Positions 53,448-62,400 of a stretch of DNA of 64,000 nt are shown here, one piece after another. This DNA comes from an uncultured Bacteroidales bacterium (GTDB lineage Bacteria; Bacteroidota; Bacteroidia; Bacteroidales; WCHB1-69): assembly GCA_947169105.1 (NCBI GenBank), contig CAMVOL010000009.1:11095-75094 (forward strand), written 5' to 3'. Both the position numbers and the translations under genes were made by a program. Positions within the stretch are counted from its first letter, which is position 1, and the number at the start of each line of letters is the position of its first letter. The notes under the pieces were generated by a model. The model was not told where the DNA came from. It saw only the letters and a program-made list of their open reading frames with translations, and searched no databases.

Positions 53448-56400
53448 ATGAAAAAGTTTTACACTTTTGAGCCTAAAAATTTCCGAATCTTGACCAAGAT
53501 GAAGAGTTTTCTTGCCGTCGCACTCCTTTTGCTGATGGCTGTAGGTAATGTAAAAGCACAAACGGAACAAACAAAGACGGTTAGTTTTGACAGTTATGGT
53601 TTTAGTAATGCCCAAACCTTCCCGTCAGGAGATGTTGTAAGTGGTTTTATAAGTTTTTCGACAGAGAAAAATAGTGCAACTACTGATCCTGCTTACTATG
53701 GGAATTCGAATAAAGATATTCGTTTATATGCGGGTAGCGGAAATGGCTGTGCTTTAAAGTTGTCCCTTTCTGGTGGAGTAATTGTAACAGCTGTGGAAAT
53801 TCAAAGTAAAAGAACCCAAACATCTACCTATAATTTTTACGTGGATGGAGTTGATAAAGGACAAACCACTGCATCATTGAGCGCGGGTCAATGGATTAAA
53901 TTGACAGGTATAAATGCTACTGAAACTGTTGTTTTCAAAAACACCAATGCAGCGGCAAGTGGTAGTGATAGTCAGATAAGAATCACGGGTATTAAGGTTA
54001 CATATATTGTTACTTCCTGCACAGTTACCCGCACGGAGCCGGTGAATCTGTCCGTGTGTACGTCACCGTACCAACAAGTGATATTTGGTAAAAATAATAA
54101 GGTATATTCTTCCACCCGTGCGGAAGGGGAGTATCTTGACACCATCGCTGGTGTGGGCGGCGATTGCGATACCGCCGTTACGGTGAACTTCACATTGATT
54201 CCTGCTTCCTATGAAAAGTATGATACCATCAAAGCTGGTGAACATTACGCCTTTGGTGATATGGATCTTACAACAACTACTAATGAAAATTATACATTCA
54301 CTGCAAGCTGTGGTTGCGACAGTATTGTGTTCCTTTATCTGACCGTTCTCCAGCCGGTGATGAAGGATGCCGTCAACGATTTTGTTTGTGCCGGTAAGAC
54401 CTATATTTATAGAGGCAAGAATTACACGGAGGCAAACACCTACTACGACACGGTGAAGATGGGTGCCGGCATTTGCGACACCATCTACACCTTGGTTCTC
54501 TCCGTCAGAGACAACGCCACGTATGCGTTCGACCAGACGATCAAGCCGGGTGAAACATGGTTCTTCACCGACAAGTATCCCAGCATCGCCACGGCTGGTA
54601 CTTATAAAGACACACTCACCGCCGCCAACACCTGTGACAGCATCGTGACCGTCACCGTGACCGTCCTCCTGCCGGTGGTGCTGCCTGCTGAGGATGCCAC
54701 CACCTGCGAAGGAAAAGCATATTCCTTCAGAGACAAGGATTACACCGTGGCAGATACCTACTACGACACAGTGAAGATGGGCGCCGGCATTTGCGACACC
54801 ATCTACACCCTGATCCTCACGGTGAACCCGAAAGCCACCTATGAATATGACTATTCGATGGACGAAGGTGACACCTACGATTTCTTCGGGACCCCGATCA
54901 CGGAATCCGGCGTCTATCCCTACACGCTGACGGATGCCGCCGCCAATGGCTGCGACAGTGTCGTCACCGTCACCGTCACCGTGATTCCGCTGCCCGATAC
55001 CATCTACGAGGAAACGGTTGCCATTTGCGAAGGTGAAACCTATACCTTCCATACGTTTGAAGGAGATAGTATATGTACAGAAACAAATATATATATATTC
55101 ACGAAAGCAGGTTTTGCCCAGGGTGGTCGCGACAGTATCCGTATCCTCAACCTCACCGTTATTGAAGAAGTGAGAGTGGACACCAGCATCACCATTTGCG
55201 AAGGCCAGTTGCCACACGAATTCTTCGGACGCACTTACGATGAAAGCATCGGAACAGGTACCCACAATTACACCATCCACATGGAAAGTGAGGGTGGCTG
55301 CGACAGCGCCTTAGTGCATCTGACCCTCATCGTCGGTGAGGAGTACGAAGGCGAGACGGTTGAGGCAACCATCTGCGAGAGCGAGCTTCCGTATCACTTC
55401 GGCCCCACCGGTCAGGATACTCTCATCCAGACGGCAGGTGCCCATGTCATCACGTTCCATACGGTGCTTGGTTGCGACAGCACCGTCACCCTGAAGCTCA
55501 ACGTCAATCCGGAATACGACCTTGCGGAAACGCTGACCATCTGCGAGAGCGAACTGGCCGGCACTGGCTATGTTTGGCGCGACACCGTCTTTATGGAAGG
55601 TACCACTTCCGGCATCTTCGTTTTCAACAGAGAGACTGTCGCCCACTGCGACAGCATCGTGACCCTGACCCTTACGGTGAACGGCCTCAACAACGAGACG
55701 GTCTATGACACCATCTGCGACAGCGAGCTGGCCGGCACCGGCTATGCTTGGCGCGACACCACCTTCATGGAAGGTACGGAGAGCGGCACTTTCGTCTTCA
55801 ACCGCAAGAATGCCAATAACTGTGACAGCATCGTCACCTACCACCTCACTGTCAATCCGGCCCGTACGGAAACGGCCTATGACACCATCTGTGCGAGCGA
55901 GCTGGCCGGAACCGGCTATGCTTGGCGCGACACCACTTTCATGGAAGGTACTACAACCGGCACTTTCGTCTTCAACAGAGAGACTTCCCTCGGCTGCGAC
56001 AGCATCGTGACCCTGTACCTCACGGTCAACCCGACCTATACGCTGCCTTTGGTGGACACCACCATCTGCGCCAGCGCACTGCCGTTCAGTTACTATGACA
56101 CCACTTTTGATGCGAACACGCTTCCTGGTGTGTACAACTATACCTTCCGCGGTCACACCCTTGCCGGCTGCGACAGCATCGGAACTGTGAAGCTCACGGT
56201 CAATCCGTCCTATACGGAGACAGATACTCTCAAAATCTGTCAGCTTGAGCTGCCCTATGTCTATACCACCGGCCTCGGCCAGACGATCACTTTGGAGGAA
56301 GGCATTCCCACGGGTACGTATGACACCATGCTTCTGTTCAACACCACCCTCAACTGCGACAGCAACATCGTCCTGCACCTCACGGTCACTCCGAGCACAG

Positions 56401-59400
56401 AGTGCCAGTTCATAATCCAAGTGGATACCGGCGCACATGGCACCGTTGATGGCGCAACCACTGTTTACTACCAGGATACCGCCCGTTTCACCATCAAAGC
56501 CGACAACTGCTACTATATCGAAAGCATTAAGATGGATGGCGTTGATGCCGCTTTCGACCCCTATAGCACATACAAGGAAGTTTCTTTCGACAGCGTTTAT
56601 ACGGACCACACGTTGGCCGTCACTTTCGCCATGTTCCAATACACGGTAACGGCTACGGCCCACGGCGAAGGCACCATCACGGCTAGCGACACCTACGACT
56701 GCGACTCTGTTGTGGTTTACAACTATGCCGCCGCTGCTGGTTATCATATCGACTCTGTGAAGGTTGACGAAGAGCTTACGGTTTATACCGACGAGACCCA
56801 GACAGAGGGCAGCAAGAACTTCGGTCCTATTGCCGCCAACCACACAATTGATGTCTATTACAGCATCAACCACTACACGGTGACGATCACGGCTGGTGAG
56901 CACGGCACGGTTACCCCGAGCGGTGTTCAGAATGTTGTTTATGGCACACAGCCGATCCTCAACTTCACTTCCGATGGTTGCTACGAAGTGGCTTCCATCA
57001 CAGTGAATGGTACCCAGATTGACACCACTTGCACCACCTTCACGCTTGACTCCATCAAGGAGAACACGACCGTTGACATCGCCTTCGACACCATTCATTA
57101 TCAGATTATGGTGACGAGAGCGGGTAACGGTAACGGTACTATCAACGGCAACTATGGTGATATTGCCGGTGAAATTGCCTGCGCTAATCCGGTCAATTAT
57201 GATGTGATTGCGGATGAAGGTTCCTATATTGACACTATTATTTGGTACGGTGTAACCATTCCGTTCACCGGCCACGTGACAAGCTGGTCCATCGGTCTGC
57301 CTTCTGTTACGCAGAATATGGAACTCTATGTGGTCTTCTCCCTTGACAAGGAGCATGTGTTGGCATACGCTGATGGCGGTCTTGGAACTGTCACTCCGGC
57401 CGACACAATGGTTGGCTTCGGCACCAGCTGTGACATCCAAGTGGTGGCCGACACGCTCAACGGTTATCATATCGCCACCATCTACACGGGCGAAAATCCC
57501 GAGAACGTGGTTTGGGAAGGCCAGAACAACGAAAAGACCCATATCTTCACTCTTGGCAGTGTGACTACCGACACCACCGTCCACGCCACCTTCGAGCTGA
57601 ACCGCTACACCGTAGCCGCTACGACGGAAGGTACGGAGGGCACCCTCACTCCCGATAGCATTACCGTGCTTCATGGTCATGACTTGGGCTTCACCGCTAT
57701 TGCCGGTGACTGCCAGTTCATCGACAGCATCTTTGTGGATGGTATTTCCCAGATCATTACCAATGTTGACACAATGAAATTCACGGTCAGCAACGTTATC
57801 ACGCCTGACCGCACGGTGCGCGTGGTCTTCTCCACTGTCCAGTATCAGATGACCGCCACCTTCAATAATGTGGAAGGCACGGTCAGCGACAGCATCGTGG
57901 ACTGCGGCAGCAGCTACACCTACACCATTACCCCGAACACGGGCTACCATGTGGACACTATTTACTATGATGCTGAAAACTTCGTCATAGGAGAAACCAG
58001 CTATACCTTTACGAACATCCGTGAAGATCATAACATCAAGGTCGTCTTCGCTATCAACCAGTACGAAGTGACCGCCAGCACGGACGGCAACGGCACGGTG
58101 ACGCCCACTTCCGAAACAGTGGCTCACGGCGATGATCAGACCTTTACCGTGACACCGAACGACTGCTACCATATCAGCAGCATCACCGTGAACGATGTGG
58201 ACTACGACCTGAGCCATGTGAGTGGTGGTACATTTACGGTTTCCAACATCACGGAGGCCACCACAGTGAAGATCAACTTCGCTCTCGACACCTTCCAGCT
58301 GGTCCAGACCATCACGGGTGAGGGTACGGTGAACGAAATGGCCGACACTACGGTGAATGTGCTTTGCGGCAGCGATTACATCTTCAACATCGCCGCTGCC
58401 GAAGGCAACCACATCGTAAGCTATACGGTTAATGGCGGAACTCCCGTTACGGTTGACAACAGCGAAAGCTATGTTGCTACGCTGACCGATACGATTAAGA
58501 ACATCCAAGCGGATTGCACGCTTGCCGCTGAATTCGCCGTGAACACCTACACCATTTACACGGAGAGACTTAGCGGTATGGGTACTTTCACTCCCGATGT
58601 CGTAACCGTCAACTACGATGCTGACACGATCATCATCGTTACGGCCGACAACGCCAACGGTTATCATATCGCTTCCGTCACTGCCACTGGTATCAATGAA
58701 GTTTACAGCAATGACGACCACAAGATAGTGGATACGGTGCATCTTACTAACATCCGCGCCAACGACACCCTGAAGGCAGAGTTCGCTCTCGACCTCCACC
58801 TGATTTCCGTAATTATCGAGGGTGAAGGTGCGGTTGCTCCGATGGACACCAACATCACTTTCGGTGACACCGTCACGTTCAACATCACTCCTTACGATTG
58901 CCAGTACATCAGCAGCATCGTCGTGGACGGTCGCGACACGACTATCACCGATCCTGCAGGTATGCAGCTGACCTTCAACCATGTGGTGGATACTCACAGA
59001 CTGGAAGTCACCTTTGCTCCTACCACCTATCTGGTCAAGTGGAAAGAGTACTATCCGGGTATGCCCACCATCAGAGAAGACTCCAACGTGGCCTGCGGTA
59101 CTGACTTCACTTACGAGGTTCGTGCCGAAGAAGGTTTCCACATCCACGAGGTCTATCTGGATTATGTCGTTGATACGACCTTCGAAACCGAACAGATTGA
59201 TGCGTATGACTTGGTAATCCCCAATGTCCGTGAGACCCACCTTATTGAGGTACAGTTCGAACAGGACTACTACAGCTTGCATCTTGACACGGTTGGCGCA
59301 GGTACGATTGTGTGCGACAGCGCTGATCTCTCGAAGATTTATTACAACACCCCGCTGCAGTTCACGGTGACTCCGGAAGAATGTTACGAGTTCACCAGTC

Positions 59401-62400
59401 TCACCATCAATGGTGTGAACTATACGGATCAAGTGGTGGGCGGTGTCCTCAACTGGAACGCCATCGACAGCGGTGCCGTGGTCGCCACCTTCAGCATCAT
59501 CCGTTACGAAATGGCCTCCTCGGTCAATGACGGCAATATGGGTACGGTGACACCCACCGATTCTGTGGATTGCGGTACGCCTTACACTTACTACATCGCC
59601 GCCAACGAAGGCTACCATATCGACACTATCACTTGCGGCTCGTTTGTCAAGGTGCTGGGTGAGAACGACAATGTTCTTGACACGTTAGTGATTGCGAACG
59701 CTGTTTCTGACACGGCCGTCCGTGTGGTCTTCTCCATCAACACTTACAATGTTACGATTTGCACACCTGCTCCTGAAAACGGCACATTGACCGTCAATCC
59801 TGCCATAGTGGAACACGGTGAAAACTGCGAGGTGACTATCGTTGCCGATTCTGTACACGGCTACCACATTGACACCATCTTCTGCGGTGACAACATCGTG
59901 CCGCTGGGCCAGAACGAGAACACGTTCTATGTATATAACATCAATGGTATCACTTCCGATACGACCGTCTGTGCGTCGTTCAGCCTGAACAACTACACGA
60001 TTACCGCTTCCATCGCTGCTGAAGATGTTGAACACCTCTCCATCATGCCTGGTGACACCAATGTGAAGTTTGGTGACACGGTGATTTACACGGTGAAGAG
60101 CATCAATGACTGCTACTACATCAACGACGAGATTTTGGTGGACGGTGTAGCTGTTGAGTTCACCACTGGCGACAGCACGCGTGCTACCTACGCTTTTGAA
60201 GCCATTAATTCGAACCACACGATTGTGGCCAACGCCGCGATTTACCGTTACGCAGTCACCACCACGGTCAATGACAACACTCTTGGTGAAATCACTCCGG
60301 GTGACACCACGCTTGACTGTGGTAGCGACTATGCTTACGTTGTGACCCCGATCACGGGTTATCATATTGATTCTGTGAAGGTGAACGGCGTGATGCAGAC
60401 CATTACCGACAGCTCCACCTTCTCCAGCACGATTGAGGACATCCACACGGATACGACGATTGCTGCTTACTTCAGCATCAACCATTACATGATTGTCGCC
60501 TCCACGGGTGATAACAATGGTACGATTGATCCGGTTGACACCATCGTTTACGAATACGGTGCAACCCCGACCTACATCATCAAACCGAATGACTGCTACT
60601 ACATCAGTGAGGTTCTGGTGGACGGCACGGCTGTGGAGTTTACCACTGGCGACAGCACGTACGCTACCTATACTTTCGATGCGATCGATGCGAGCCATAC
60701 CATTGTGGCCAACTTCGCCATCTACAAATATGATATGACGGCTGACTTCGAAGCGGCAATGGGTACTGTCACCACCGCTACCGACATTAACTGCGGTGCT
60801 GATTACCAATATATGATTACCGCCAACGAAGGCTTCCATATTGTCAGCTACACGATTGGTGGTGTTACTGTCACCAACACGATGGAAGAACCCAACGACT
60901 ACATCGTTGATTCTGTCCTGATCTCCCCGGTCAGCCAGGATACCAATCTTGTGGTTGAGTTCGATACGAACACCTACACTGTCTCTGTCTGTGCTGATGC
61001 AGTGAACGGCAGTCTTGTGGTGAACGATCCGACCGAGGTGAACTACAATGAAGGTACGACAGTCACTGTCGTTGCTGACACCGCCAATGGTTATCATATC
61101 GCCAGCATTACCGACAGCCGCGGCATCACCGTTCCTTACGGCCACAATACGGACAAGATCGCCACTTACAATGTGGACAATGTTGTTGCCGATGATACGG
61201 TGTGCGCCACCTTCGAACTGAACACCTTCACCATCCATACTGAAAACGGTGAAAACGGCACAATCACTCCGTCGAACGACACCATCGTCACCTACGGCGA
61301 TGTGGTTGACTTCGTCATCGAGCCGAACAGCTGCTACTACATCTCCAACATTTTGGTGGATGGCGAAAGCGTCTGGACCGGTTACACAGATTCTGTCAGC
61401 GCCTACACGCTCCAAATCAATGTTTCCGAATTCGATCCGGCCGTTGAGACCCACACCATCGCCACCGAATACACCATCTTCCAATACACGATGACATCCA
61501 CTGTCAATGATGCGACGATGGGTACGGTGACGCCCACCACCACGGTGGAATGCGGTTCGACCCACAACTACGAGATTGAAGCCACCACAGGTTATCATAT
61601 TGACCATGTGATTTTGGACAATGTCCAGACCGACTACGAAGGTCAGCAGAATACCGCCACCATCACGGTGACTGACATTCGTGCAGACCATCAGTTGGAT
61701 GTCTTCTTCGCGAAGAACCGCTACACAGTGACGGCCACCGCCGGTGAGCACGGCACGATTACTCCGTCGGGTGTGACCACTGTTGAACACGGCGCATCCC
61801 TCACCTACACGATTGCACCTGATCCTTGCTACTACATCGACAGCGTTCTGGTGAACGGCGAGGTTGTTGAATTCACCACTGGCGACAGCACAGGTGGTAC
61901 CTACACCTTCGCTTCCGTTGAGGACACCATGACCATCCACGCCGACTTCCATATCTATGAATATAGAATGATGGCTGAATATGATGAGGAAATGGGTTCT
62001 GTGGAGACAGGTATTGCCACCTGCGGCAGCAACTACACTTACACGATTCACGCCAACGAAGGCTACCACATCACGAGCATGCGTGTCGGCACGACGACGC
62101 ACAACAACAATGTGGGTCTGAATACGGATACTGTTGCTACCTTCAATGTCTATAGTGTCTATCAGGATACTACTTGCTACGTTGAGTTCGCTCGGAACAC
62201 CTACACTGTCAACTTCAATGTGACGGGTGAGGGTGAAGTTGAGCCGGGTAACACCACGGTCGATTACGACTCCACATTGGCTTACACGGTTACTGCCGGT
62301 ACAGGTTATCACATTGTGAGCATTACCGACAACGGCACAGTGGTTTACACCAATGACAACCGCGATACGGTTGCTCACTCTGGCAGCATTGCCAATATCC

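Noticed and set aside
54063-55280. 405-aa minus-strand ORF, and likewise 63534-63998 (154 aa).
   Set aside because: Both are antisense shadows bounded by sense-frame TCA codons (54063 and 63534).
55311-59618. 1435-aa minus-strand ORF, the longest ORF in the supplied track.
   Set aside because: It is the codon-aligned antisense of the giant + strand gene, and its stop is the sense Leu codon TTA at 55311. The product is V/D/G/R/H-rich with no signal peptide, motifs or repeat logic of its own. The + frame has a promoter, a signal peptide and coherent domain repeats.
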